A DNA stretch of 64,000 bases from Candidatus Omnitrophota bacterium (GCA_903901225.1 CAIUQE010000020.1:5092-69091); one strand, 5' to 3'; counted from the first letter of the stretch, positions 35,462-46,301 are shown. Program-made: numbers and translations. Notes: generated from the letters alone by a model not told the origin.

Positions 35462-38398
35462 TTACCTGGCTGCCTCAAAGAACGATCGCGGATCATTTAA
35501 AGTTGTTACGCCAAGAACAACCGGCGTGAAACCATCGATCCGTTCTTCGAGCATCGCGGCATCAATGCCAATGTTAAAATTTATCTTCCCGCCAGTTTCC
35601 AGAAGGCGAAGCTTATCAGAATTAAGATCAATACCACCGTTCAAATTATTGGCATCAACGACTGTTTCACTATGCTGCGGCGTTGCGATCTTATTCTTTG
35701 CTCCTCTTCCCCAGACATGTTTTCCAGTTTTAAATTTTATTTCATCAAGATAACTCTCATCACTTGGTCCAGAAAATCTTATCCCGAACGCATTCGACAA
35801 TGCCTGGATCATATTGATTTTCTTTCTTTTCAGATGCGCGCCCGTGCTGCAGCTCTCGGCTATACCTTTGGCATCGGCCTTGACGAATTTGCTTAACATC
35901 CCCGAAGTCAACCGCCGATCCTCCGTTCGCAACGTTTCATCACCATAGTGCCCGAAGTCAATGGACCAGGGATTACCGTGCCCGCCAATGATCACAAACG
36001 ACGCCGGCTCCTTCCCATCCCCCGTTGCGTCAATAAAAGCATCGACCATTTCCTTGACAGAAGCCACTTCATAATACAGGACTGAATAGCCTTCTTTGAT
36101 CAATTGATCGATCGCCGATTCCCTCATAAATGCGGCATTCCGGTCTGATTTGGGATAAATAACAACAGCCCTTCCTTTCGGGGCTTGGGGGGTTGTCGTC
36201 ATTAATTTGTGCTGTAGTTTTCCGGCACTGGCCTGACGGTTATTAAAGCGATTGATCACGCGATTGATGAACAAATGCGATCTGATCTGCGCCGGCCAGG
36301 CTAACGGACGAAGAATATTTAACTCTTGCCAGTGGCCATACTGCAGCAACCTTTGCCATATATTGAAGCCATCTTTCTCCGATCTTTTTGCCAGCTCAAA
36401 CACCAACAATGAAAGTCTTTCTCTAAAATTATCCGTGCCGGATTTAACCCTGTCAGGTGGAGTCGTGCGCGGGAACATGCGCTCAAATTCATATTTAATC
36501 TCATCCATCCCAAAACGTGCATCTCGTATCAATTCTCCCCGATTGTAATACCTTGCGTATACATTCAGATTATTCATAAGATAATTTTTGGCCTCGTCAC
36601 TGCCCGCGTCAACCAAGGCATCCAATATGCGAATCGCCTTCTCCTGACTCAACCTATCTTTAGCAGCATGACTGACAATCCAACCCAAAGACCCAACTTC
36701 CCGAAAAGTTTTATTCCTGAGGGCATTCCTTCCTAATACCTCTATCACAGCATCTCGCGTCTTGCTTTCCAACCGATCCCATATTGAATTTCCATGATAA
36801 CTCAATAGAAAGCCAAGACCATACAACACGTTTTCATCGTTTTCCCTGGCATACTGGAACAACTCACGCGCGATCTCTACAGGAATGTGCCCACGGGAAT
36901 ACATACGTTCTAAATATGAATCAGCTACATCAACTCCCTTTGACACAAGACTGGCCAAAGCCCTAGTGATCAACACCCTGTGCTGACCATGAATGACTAT
37001 GCCCAGATGAAGAATCTCTGAGGCTATGCTCGTGTTGTTCTTACTAATTGCAGGATCTATAATCCCCTGAACATCAGGATCCTGGTACAGACTTAATAGC
37101 GCTGATACGATCTGCGGCGCAAGGCCAGGGCGACCTCTTCCCAAACTTATAAGCGCGTCCACAGTTTCGTAACTGTGGGCTCCTCGCATCAATGCCAGCA
37201 CTTCAGGAGCGTCAATCGAAGGAAATTTAAATCCCGAGGTCCGGCTTCCCGAAACAGGATCAAACTCAACCTCGGCGACTACATTTTTCCCGATATTCTT
37301 TTGCGCCGCATCAACCATCGCCCGGCCAGAAACCCGTTCTTCTTTGACCATCGCCGGGTCATGATGAAACCCGCCGGAGAAATATTTCCGGGGGATGATT
37401 TCCGAGGTTGTTTCATCCTTCTCTTCCTTGATGTAATTAAAAACACCTTTCCGAAACGCCTCCTCATACTGTTGCCAAATCTTGTCCTTGACCTTTTTAT
37501 CCGCCAGGTCAATCCCCGTCACCTTGTTCTTTGCCGCATATACCTGGCCGACCAGGCTCCGCTTCAAGTTGCGCTTGAACCACGTCGACAGGATCATGGC
37601 GTGATAGATCTGCCGCAACGTGCCAAAGTTTTCGCCGTTGTTGACCTCTTTCTCGATCTCAGGCAGAACGATCTCACGCATGACCTGCCGGGGAATGCCC
37701 CTGGCCTCAGCGAAGCCGTCCCGGGCTTTAGAATTATCGGAGTTCTTCCTCATGGACGTGTAATCAGTATCCAGCATGACCTTCAGGTGACTTTTCGCGA
37801 TAAATGCCGTATCGCCGTTCACATAGACAACCGCCTCATCCGGAACGATCCACACCTTGTTAAAAGTATCCAGCGGTATATCCGTCGTGCCGTATTTTTC
37901 AAAAACACGGGCGTAAATTTTCTTCCATACCTCACGGCCCAACGCCTTTTCGGGATACATCATCGATGAGGTCAATTGCTTGAGGATATAATCTTCGGCC
38001 AGAAGATCACGCCCCATTTCCGTAAGGCCAAAGTTGTCCGGGATGATCCTGTCGCCTTCATAAGGAGACAAATTCACCCAAAGCTCATCCTCCGGGACCG
38101 TCAAGGCAGCCAGAAAATACCTGATCAACCTGGTCGATTCCTGTTGCAACGGCACCCCCTGAAGGGCGGAATTTCCGGTATCAATAAGAAAATCAAAGCG
38201 TAATTGATCGGCAGGATAAACTTTCATGCCCTTAAGGACCGCTGGCACGAATGAAACGCTTGGGGTAACCATTGTGCCCGGTTGAGGCAGGATCCTCTCA
38301 CCTGCAACCATCTGGGCATATGACGGCGGGACGCTGGCGGTTATGAAGGCCACCAGCATGAATGACGCGATTACTCTTTTAGTGATTTCTTCCATCAT
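35462..38398 (-). CDS. Large secreted hypothetical protein with an AT-richer middle and a putative caspase-like (clan CD) His/Cys peptidase domain
   Basis: Signal peptide ending SYA; N-domain with LWVNLSPYE, GRDLLAEDYILKQLT and PRKYFSGG; IIGGHGN...AESCSTG dyad pattern; C-terminal GGIDLN..GFTPVV module. Confidence 0.85.
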   Translation of the reverse strand: MMEEITKRVIASFMLVAFITASVPPSYAQMVAGERILPQPGTMVTPSVSFVPAVLKGMKVYPADQLRFDFLIDTGNSALQGVPLQQESTRLIRYFLAALTVPEDELWVNLSPYEGDRIIPDNFGLTEMGRDLLAEDYILKQLTSSMMYPEKALGREVWKKIYARVFEKYGTTDIPLDTFNKVWIVPDEAVVYVNGDTAFIAKSHLKVMLDTDYTSMRKNSDNSKARDGFAEARGIPRQVMREIVLPEIEKEVNNGENFGTLRQIYHAMILSTWFKRNLKRSLVGQVYAAKNKVTGIDLADKKVKDKIWQQYEEAFRKGVFNYIKEEKDETTSEIIPRKYFSGGFHHDPAMVKEERVSGRAMVDAAQKNIGKNVVAEVEFDPVSGSRTSGFKFPSIDAPEVLALMRGAHSYETVDALISLGRGRPGLAPQIVSALLSLYQDPDVQGIIDPAISKNNTSIASEILHLGIVIHGQHRVLITRALASLVSKGVDVADSYLERMYSRGHIPVEIARELFQYARENDENVLYGLGFLLSYHGNSIWDRLESKTRDAVIEVLGRNALRNKTFREVGSLGWIVSHAAKDRLSQEKAIRILDALVDAGSDEAKNYLMNNLNVYARYYNRGELIRDARFGMDEIKYEFERMFPRTTPPDRVKSGTDNFRERLSLLVFELAKRSEKDGFNIWQRLLQYGHWQELNILRPLAWPAQIRSHLFINRVINRFNNRQASAGKLQHKLMTTTPQAPKGRAVVIYPKSDRNAAFMRESAIDQLIKEGYSVLYYEVASVKEMVDAFIDATGDGKEPASFVIIGGHGNPWSIDFGHYGDETLRTEDRRLTSGMLSKFVKADAKGIAESCSTGAHLKRKKINMIQALSNAFGIRFSGPSDESYLDEIKFKTGKHVWGRGAKNKIATPQHSETVVDANNLNGGIDLNSDKLRLLETGGKINFNIGIDAAMLEERIDGFTPVVLGVTTLNDPRSFFEAAR

Positions 38399-38595
38399 CC
38401 CTTGCCCCTTAGAAAAACGATCACCACACCGTTAAATCAAGTATAGTCTATGAATATACGCTGGATGCGAAATTGGATGGTTTGACAAGAAAACGTTACT
38501 ACTACTTCTTGCAAGTAGTTGGGGAATAAAGACTTTGTAGTGTACTCAAATAGAAAACATTTGTAATTTCAACAGGCAAGGCTTGACAAAAAAAC

Positions 38596-39279
38596 CTAAA
38601 ATTTAAAGTTCACGCTGGTGGCCAAAGCCTGTCCCCCTCCAACCGCCCCTTCACAATTGAGCCACACTTTGGGCGTGAGCGGGATATCCACACCCAGGAC
38701 CGCGTCGAACCGGCGGCCCTCGCTCACAAACACGCGGTCCGCGTCATTGTTGATCCGGTGGATGTAGTCGGCCGAGCCGTAGCGCAGGCCCGTGTAAGGC
38801 GTGAATTTCTTCAGGTCATAGGACACCAACGCTGATCCCTGCCAGTCGTCCAGGATGGCATTATGCTTTTCGCCGTTGGCCTTGACCGTCGCGGGATGGA
38901 TACTGATGTGCTGGAAACCGCTGACGACCTTGACCGGGCCGCCCTCATAAAGCCTCACGCGAAATCCATAGCCACCGCCCCAGACAGGCGTGTTGTATTT
39001 GATCCGGGACCCGTCACCGGCCTCATGCTCGATGGTGCCGACGCTTGCCTTAAGGTCCAGGGAGAACCAGTCCGTCACGCCGTAGGTGAGCAGGAAATGC
39101 TCCTGGCGGCTTTTGAGATCGCCGTTGTCCTTGTTGAGGTCGCGGTCAAATATCTCATAATGCTGCAACCCGAAAAAGAATTCCTTCTGCCGCGGCATTT
39201 TCGTGCCGTACGCCGGCGCCGCCTGGGCGCATGTGCCCAACAAGAACAGAACAACTGCGATCATGATCACTTGCCGCAT
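38596..39279 (-). CDS. Exported protein, probable outer-membrane beta-barrel
   Basis: Signal peptide ending AQA, alternating amphipathic strands, terminal VNFKF, AGGAGG RBS. Confidence 0.8.
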   Translation of the reverse strand: MRQVIMIAVVLFLLGTCAQAAPAYGTKMPRQKEFFFGLQHYEIFDRDLNKDNGDLKSRQEHFLLTYGVTDWFSLDLKASVGTIEHEAGDGSRIKYNTPVWGGGYGFRVRLYEGGPVKVVSGFQHISIHPATVKANGEKHNAILDDWQGSALVSYDLKKFTPYTGLRYGSADYIHRINNDADRVFVSEGRRFDAVLGVDIPLTPKVWLNCEGAVGGGQALATSVNFKF

Positions 39280-39328
39280 GCCAACCTCCTGTTATCGGAT
39301 GAGAAATACGCCAACTTACGCGTGAAAG

Positions 39329-39481
39329 CTAGCAGCATCCCTTACGCCCCGACCCGTCGGTCTTGGAAGAACAGGAACAACCGCCGCCCTCATTGGCCAG
39401 CGATTGCATCTTCTTGTCGACTTTGGCGAACAGGTTCGCGAAGAACCCCTTCTTTTCCTTCTTCTGCTTGTCATCACCCAT
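39329..39481 (-). CDS. 50-aa Cys-rich micro-protein, absent from the ORF track
   Basis: AAGGAGG RBS 5 nt before ATG; MGDDKQKKEKKGFFANLFAKVDKKMQSLANEGGGCSCSSKTDGSGRKGCC. Confidence 0.8.
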   Translation of the reverse strand: MGDDKQKKEKKGFFANLFAKVDKKMQSLANEGGGCSCSSKTDGSGRKGCC

Positions 39482-39581
39482 ACATGCCTCCTTTTTAGTT
39501 TCGTCGGAAAATCAGGCCTTTGCTTACAATGACGGATTTTCCTATGGCAAAAGCCCGGATTATGTTAATATTCCTCCCGCT

Positions 39582-39653
39582 GTCCCCTTAGCTCAATGGA
39601 TAGAGCACAAGCCTCCGGAGCTTGGGATGGGGGTTCGATTCCCCCAGGGGGCG
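39582..39653 (+). tRNA. tRNA-Arg(CCG)
   Basis: GTCCCCT/AGGGGGC acceptor, TAGCTCAATGGATAGAGC D-arm, CAAGC-CTCCGGA-GCTTG anticodon arm, GGTTCGATTCC. Confidence 0.96.
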
Positions 39654-39676
39654 CTCTTTCGCTCCGCGAAAGAGCG
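39652..39676. terminator. Hairpin after tRNA-Arg, between convergent transcripts
   Basis: CGCTCTTTCGC-TCC-GCGAAAGAGCG; weak U-tract. Confidence 0.5.
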
Positions 39677-39755
39677 GTCTTGTTCGTACCGTTTTGCGTA
39701 GCGACCTATAGAGAGCGCAGCAAAACATTTCTCCGAACAAGACCTATTCCACTGT

Positions 39756-40814
39756 TCATGCGGGTATCTGCTGCGACAAACAATGGCACGTCCCCAGTCC
39801 CACAATGATCGCGCTGCAATCGATCGGAACGATCCTGCGATCCTTAAAAACTCCCTTTAAGATCTTGATGGCCACCTTGTCCTGCGGACAGTTGAACACC
39901 GGCACCAGGACGATCCCGTTGGCGATATAAAAATTCGCGTAACTCGCCGGAAGGCGCTCGTCCTTGCGGTAATAGACGGGCCTTGGCATGGGAAGTTCAA
40001 CGATACGGAATGGCTTGCCGTTCACATCGCGGAAATTTTTGAGGTCCGCGAGATTCTCTTGCAGTATCCCGTAATTATCATCCGCCTTATCAGCTTCAAC
40101 AACGGTCACGATCGTGCGCGCGTCCGTGAACCGCGCGATATCGTCGATATGGCCGTTGGTGTCATCCCCCGCGATCCCGTCCCGGAGCCACAGGACCTTG
40201 CGTACGCCCAGGTTCGCCTTTAACAACCCTTCGATCTGCGCTTTGGAAAGTTGAGGATTGCGGTTCTTGTTCAGGAGGCATGCTTCCGTCGTCAAAAGGA
40301 CACCGGCCCCGTTGACATCGATCGAGCCTCCCTCCATCACCCAGGGAAATGAAAAACATTCCACCCCCAGGAACGCGGCCATCTTCTTCGCGATGCGGTT
40401 ATCCTTGGCCGACGGGTATTTTCCGCCCCAGGCGTTGAAGATCCAGTCGGTGGCGACCACGCGCCCGCTGCCGCGGTGCTTCAGAAAGATCGCGCCATGG
40501 TCCCGGCACCACGCGTCATTCGTCGGGAACAGGTGCAGGAAAACATTACGCCGCACGGCGCGCCGCCGCAATTTCAGCGTGAGCGCGCGGGCCATGGCCT
40601 CATCACAGACATTGACATGGACTTCCTCGACTTTGGCCAGGGCCGCGACAATATCAGCGAACCCTTCCTGGGCGCCCTTGAGTTTTGTAAAGAAACTTTT
40701 TGGATTATGCGGATACGACAGCCACGTGCCCCGGTGGGGTTCCCACTCGGCAGGCATCCTGTAACCTTGAGCGGTCAAGCGATGCGGATCGATATGAACG
40801 GCTGGCATCGTCAC
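39756..40814 (-). CDS. aguA: Agmatine deiminase
   Basis: RMPAEWEPH, DAWCRDHG, FNAWG, EGGSID, DDTNGHIDD, ASYANFY, GTCHCLSQQ. Confidence 0.96.
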   Translation of the reverse strand: MTMPAVHIDPHRLTAQGYRMPAEWEPHRGTWLSYPHNPKSFFTKLKGAQEGFADIVAALAKVEEVHVNVCDEAMARALTLKLRRRAVRRNVFLHLFPTNDAWCRDHGAIFLKHRGSGRVVATDWIFNAWGGKYPSAKDNRIAKKMAAFLGVECFSFPWVMEGGSIDVNGAGVLLTTEACLLNKNRNPQLSKAQIEGLLKANLGVRKVLWLRDGIAGDDTNGHIDDIARFTDARTIVTVVEADKADDNYGILQENLADLKNFRDVNGKPFRIVELPMPRPVYYRKDERLPASYANFYIANGIVLVPVFNCPQDKVAIKILKGVFKDRRIVPIDCSAIIVGLGTCHCLSQQIPA

Positions 40815-41707
40815 TCCTGGCCATCCGCGTAACGTTTGAGGATATCCGCGTAACTGTCAATGCGCCGGTCGCGCAGGAAAGGCCACTGGACACGCTTCGC
40901 GTTGATCACATCCAGATCGACCGGGACTACCAGGACCTCTTCTTTTCCGACGGAAGCCCGCTTAATGACCGTGCCGTAGGGGTCGGCCACGAAACTCTGG
41001 CCCCAGAACTCGATCCCGTCCTTGCCAGCCGGATCCTGCTCAAAACCGACGCGGTTGGCGGCCGCCACGTAGCAGCCGTTGGCGATCGCGTGCGACCTCT
41101 GGATGGTTTCCCATGACGCGTGCTGGCGTTCCCCGTAAACGGCCTTATCAGGCGGAAGCCAGCCGATGGCCGTGGGATAAAAGATGATCTGGGCCCCCAT
41201 GAGCGCGGTCAGGCGGGCCGCCTCCGGGTACCACTGATCCCAGCAGATCAGGACGCCGATATCCGCGTATCTGGTCCTGAACACCTTGTACCCGAGATCG
41301 CCGGGCGCGAAATAAAATTTCTCGTAGAACTGGGGATCATCGGGGATATGCATCTTGCGGTATTTTCCCAGGTATTTCCCGTCGGCGTCAAGGACTGCGG
41401 CCGTGTTGTGATAAACACCCTCTGCCCGCTTCTCGAAGAGCGACGCCACGATGACGGCCTTGTGCTTTTTGGCGAAAGCGCCCAGCTCTTTCACCGTCGC
41501 GGAATTTTCCGTGACAGGCTCGGCCAGCTTGAAAAGTTCATAGGATTCCTGCTGGCAGAAATACCGGGACTTGAAAAGTTCCTGGGTGCAGATGACCTTC
41601 GCGCCCTTCTTCACCGCCGAAGCCATGAGCGAAAGGGCCTTGTCAAAATTCCGCCGCGGCGAGGGGCCACAGGCTGTCTGGATCAGGGCGATATCAAGTT
41701 TGGCCAT
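40811..41707 (-). CDS. aguB: N-carbamoylputrescine amidohydrolase (carbon-nitrogen hydrolase)
   Basis: QELF, YRKMHIPDDP.FYEKFYF, ICWDQWYPE, PTAIG; adjacent to aguA. Confidence 0.93.
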   Translation of the reverse strand: MAKLDIALIQTACGPSPRRNFDKALSLMASAVKKGAKVICTQELFKSRYFCQQESYELFKLAEPVTENSATVKELGAFAKKHKAVIVASLFEKRAEGVYHNTAAVLDADGKYLGKYRKMHIPDDPQFYEKFYFAPGDLGYKVFRTRYADIGVLICWDQWYPEAARLTALMGAQIIFYPTAIGWLPPDKAVYGERQHASWETIQRSHAIANGCYVAAANRVGFEQDPAGKDGIEFWGQSFVADPYGTVIKRASVGKEEVLVVPVDLDVINAKRVQWPFLRDRRIDSYADILKRYADGQE

Positions 41708-41715
41708 GGGTCGTC

Positions 41716-44238
41716 CTAGAATCTTTTTTCGTAAGTGAGCCGGACCATGTGCTGCGTGGAAAGCACCGGCGCCGCGTAATATCCCAACAGAGGATTGGTC
41801 GTCGATGTGTCAACGAAATAGACCGGCCCCACGCCGAACTGCAGCGAGAACGTATTGTCCTTGGGCGCGATATAGCGGCTTTCCAGGAAAACATTGTGGT
41901 AATAACGATAATCCAGGACTTTATCCTTGTTGAACCGGTTAAGGTCATACCCCCGCGACAACGTGTACCGGGCGAAGAACCCGAGGCTTTTCGTCGGCAC
42001 CACGCTGGTCTCAAACCCGAAATGGTCCATGTTGTCGTCGATATTGCCCGCGAAACCGTTGGGGTTGCGCGTGTAATCGAAATACAGGTCCCAGATATTC
42101 GCCGGGCGAAGGTGCAGGCCGGTCTTGAAAATATTATGATAATCATACGGCGACTGGGGCAGGTAACCCTGGTCATACAGCCACGGCATGGGCCCGCGGT
42201 AAAGACGCCCGTTCTGGACGTACGTCTGCGTGCTCATACCGTCAAAAAGGCCGCGCGGGAAATTGTCCTCGGCAAGCGTGAGGTCATTGCTGTATTCCCA
42301 AACACCGTTGACATCCGCCCACTCGGTCAGCTGGTAACGCGCGCCGAGCGTCCCCGTCTCCAGGTTCCTTTTGTCACCGCCGGGGATCGCGTTATTGACC
42401 AGCGGCAGGCCCGTGTCATTGTTGGTGACGAACGGGTCCTCGTTCATGCGTGTCCGTGGCATCCCGTGCCAGAGGGCCAACCCCTCGAGCGTCAATTCAT
42501 CGGTCGTCTTCCAGGTCCATTCTGTCCGCGCCACGTTCTCGATCGTGTTATTCGCGTTGGTCGTCACATGGCGAAAATCGGCCATGCCTTCCACTTTTCC
42601 GTCAAATAAGAGCGTGTCCGCGCGCGCGCCGGCCACATCGCGGCCAATGTCGATCCCGTTGCCGAGCGCGAAAGCTTCCTGGTCCGACTCCGACATCGTG
42701 GCTTTGGCCCCCGGCATCTTGCGGTACAACGACGGATAAAATGTCAAATGCCGGCTCCAGAACGCGTCATCACGGGTCTTGTGATAATTCGACAGCGTCG
42801 ATTCGAACCCTCTGTCCATCCGGGCAAAAAAGAGCTTGCCCTTGTAAAGCGACCCGCCCTCCATCGTCCGCTGGGACATGTAATCTTTCTTCAGGAGGTC
42901 GACAGCATTGGAGATCGCTTCGATGGACGCAAAATACGCTTGCCCCTCTTCCTTGGTGCGGTAGGTATGGTTGCTCCAGTCGTTATGGCTGACCGAGGAA
43001 CTCACCTGCGCCTGCGCCTTGACGCCGTCAACGGGAACGATCGCCGTGTCCGTGCTGGCGACATAATTCTGCTCATCGACCCTCTTGTCAACAAAACCAA
43101 GGTGCATGTTGCCGGTCCCGCCGATATAAGCATTGTCGCCGAGGTACTGCTTGACGCGCAGGCTGCCCGGAACGGCGGTCACCTCGTTATAATCCTGCCA
43201 CAGCGTCTTGGGCGAAGCCACGGTGGCCTGGATCGTCGTGTCCTCCCCGGGATGCGCGTCGAGCGCCACGCCGCGCAGGGCGGTCAAGTGCGTCCCATCG
43301 CTGTCACGGGTCGCGAACGCAAGGCCACTGTCCCAGTACCCCTTGGAAAAATCCTCCGGCAGGGCGGTCAGGTGATTGACCTGCCCGCCGCGCCAGTCAT
43401 TCAGCCACGGGCTTGCTTCCCACCAGGTCTTGTTATTGGAAAGCCTCAACGGGTCATCACTGGTCAGCGCCTGGTCCTGGTAAGCCATGGGGAATATCCG
43501 TATCTTCCCGGCATCCCCCGGCTTGATGTCGACCCAGAACTCGCGCACGGGCTGGAAGGTAGTTTTCACCTTCATATCCGGCGTGCTGAAAGAATCGCAC
43601 TGCCCCCACTGGTTGCAGATCGTGGAAGCCATGGAAGCCGCGGGAACGGTACTGTTCTTGACCTTGAGCTCAGGCAGGGCCAGCACCCCCGCGTAAGTCA
43701 GGGTGTTGACCGAATGGTTGATCGTGTAACCGTTGTTGCCCCAGAACAAATGCTGGACCCGCGCGGTGTCGCCCCAGGCGCTGGTCACGTCCATGGTGCC
43801 GGTCCTGCCCGTATAGCTCCACGGGTCAACGGTCACGTTCAGGTGCATGCCGACGGCATCCTGGACCGCCGCGTCAACAACCACCTTGATCCGCGAATAT
43901 ATCGCCGGGTCATAGGTGTTCTGGTAGTTGTTCAGCTGGGCGCCGGAAAGGATGCGGAAATTCCGCTCGTTAAGGTCGGCGCTGGCGCGGGTAAAAACAG
44001 CGCCGTCGTTGGTATTGAACCCCACCGCGGCATGCAGCTCGCCGGACATCTTGACCTTCACGGGAAGTTTGGCAGAACGCAGCACTCCCGCCCCCTGCTC
44101 GAAAGTGTCCATGACGGAATTGACGATGGACGCGCGCAGTTCATCAAGTTCATTGTATTCCTGGGCCGGCGCCAAGCGCGCGCCCAGGAGCAGGATGAAC
44201 CCGCAGCACACCCATGATCTCAACGTGATTTTACGCAT
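41716..44238 (-). CDS. Large exported protein, probable outer-membrane beta-barrel of unknown function
   Basis: Signal peptide ending APA, many amphipathic strands and terminal VRLTYEKRF (BAM-type signal). Confidence 0.8.
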   Translation of the reverse strand: MRKITLRSWVCCGFILLLGARLAPAQEYNELDELRASIVNSVMDTFEQGAGVLRSAKLPVKVKMSGELHAAVGFNTNDGAVFTRASADLNERNFRILSGAQLNNYQNTYDPAIYSRIKVVVDAAVQDAVGMHLNVTVDPWSYTGRTGTMDVTSAWGDTARVQHLFWGNNGYTINHSVNTLTYAGVLALPELKVKNSTVPAASMASTICNQWGQCDSFSTPDMKVKTTFQPVREFWVDIKPGDAGKIRIFPMAYQDQALTSDDPLRLSNNKTWWEASPWLNDWRGGQVNHLTALPEDFSKGYWDSGLAFATRDSDGTHLTALRGVALDAHPGEDTTIQATVASPKTLWQDYNEVTAVPGSLRVKQYLGDNAYIGGTGNMHLGFVDKRVDEQNYVASTDTAIVPVDGVKAQAQVSSSVSHNDWSNHTYRTKEEGQAYFASIEAISNAVDLLKKDYMSQRTMEGGSLYKGKLFFARMDRGFESTLSNYHKTRDDAFWSRHLTFYPSLYRKMPGAKATMSESDQEAFALGNGIDIGRDVAGARADTLLFDGKVEGMADFRHVTTNANNTIENVARTEWTWKTTDELTLEGLALWHGMPRTRMNEDPFVTNNDTGLPLVNNAIPGGDKRNLETGTLGARYQLTEWADVNGVWEYSNDLTLAEDNFPRGLFDGMSTQTYVQNGRLYRGPMPWLYDQGYLPQSPYDYHNIFKTGLHLRPANIWDLYFDYTRNPNGFAGNIDDNMDHFGFETSVVPTKSLGFFARYTLSRGYDLNRFNKDKVLDYRYYHNVFLESRYIAPKDNTFSLQFGVGPVYFVDTSTTNPLLGYYAAPVLSTQHMVRLTYEKRF

Positions 44239-44309
44239 GGTCTCCCGGATAAAAAATTACTATATATTAATGATGATAAATCAATAAAAATTGAAGGACA
44301 AGGGGGAAA

Positions 44310-45254
44310 TCAAAATTCTGCGAGGATCGCCGTGAGGCAGCTTTCCGCCATGAAACCACTGCCCGTAAAATCCGCGTCCTGGCCCAGCGGCTGAAATTTT
44401 TTGACCGGACGGCCGCGCGCGGCTTTCTGCACGATATTCTGAAGGTGGGAATGAAGCATTTCACTGTGATTGGTGGCCACGAACACAACACCGCCCGGTT
44501 CCAGGATGGTGAGGGCGTCCTGCACCAGGCGCGGCAGGTCTTTCTTGACGCTGAACGTCCCACCGTCGTTACGGGAGAAGGACGGCGGATCAAGGATGAC
44601 CATCCCGAAGCGGTTATCTTTCTTGACCGCGCGCGCGAGGTATTCAGACGCGTCGCCGCGAATGAACTCGTTGCGTTCACACGTCAGCGCGTTGAGCTCA
44701 TAATTCACCCTTCCGCGTTCCAGTATTTTCTTGCTGACATCCACATTGACTACGGCGGCGGCTCCCTGGAGACGGGCATGGACACCAAAAGAACAGGTGT
44801 AGGAAAAAAGGTTCAGGACCTTGCGCCCCCCGGCCAGTGAAGCCACAAGCCGGCGGTTGGCGCGCATGTCCAGGAAAAGCCCGGTGTTGAGGGTGTCGTT
44901 AAGGTCGACACTGAATTTCACGCCGGACTCTTCAACGGTCGTGGACGAAGAGCCGCCATCGAGCACAATATTGAACCCGATCTCGTCGGGCCGCGCCGAA
45001 GGGCCGCGCGTGCGGTCCTTGATGATGAAATACCGCGCCCCGTGGCCCTTGACAAAATCGAGCAGGATCTCTTTTTCGGAAAGCCAGCGCGCGTCAAATA
45101 CCTGCGCGACAAAATGCTGCGCGTACTGCTCCAGCACAAGCCCGTCAAGCCCGTCGCCGTAGCCGTTGACCAGGCGCACGGCGTTGGTCGACGCGCGCAA
45201 GGCCTCACGTTTGTTGAACGCTTCTTGCAGGAGATCAAGGGTCGCGCCGCCCAT
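44310..45254 (-). CDS. RlmI/RlmK-like class I SAM-dependent rRNA methyltransferase
   Basis: RLVNGYGDGL.GL, NTGLFLDMRANR, LNLFSYT, ILDPPSF. Confidence 0.9.
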   Translation of the reverse strand: MGGATLDLLQEAFNKREALRASTNAVRLVNGYGDGLDGLVLEQYAQHFVAQVFDARWLSEKEILLDFVKGHGARYFIIKDRTRGPSARPDEIGFNIVLDGGSSSTTVEESGVKFSVDLNDTLNTGLFLDMRANRRLVASLAGGRKVLNLFSYTCSFGVHARLQGAAAVVNVDVSKKILERGRVNYELNALTCERNEFIRGDASEYLARAVKKDNRFGMVILDPPSFSRNDGGTFSVKKDLPRLVQDALTILEPGGVVFVATNHSEMLHSHLQNIVQKAARGRPVKKFQPLGQDADFTGSGFMAESCLTAILAEF

Positions 45255-45255
45255 G

Positions 45256-46230
<975 letters not shown>

Positions 46231-46244
46231 TATGGGATTGATGA

Positions 46245-46284
46245 TAAATAGGCCCTCCAGCCTTGCGGCTGGAGGGCTTATTTA
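46245..46284 (-). terminator. Long hairpin between csp and rho (weak terminator)
   Basis: TAAATAGGCCCTCCAGCC-TTGC-GGCTGGAGGGCTTATTTA; no clean U-tract. Confidence 0.6.
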
Positions 46285-46301
46285 CAGAACCGAAAAAGCT
46301 A

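Noticed and set aside
21263-39653. Prophage or integrative element at the tRNA genes
   Set aside because: No integrase, phage genes or duplicated tRNA 3' ends were seen.
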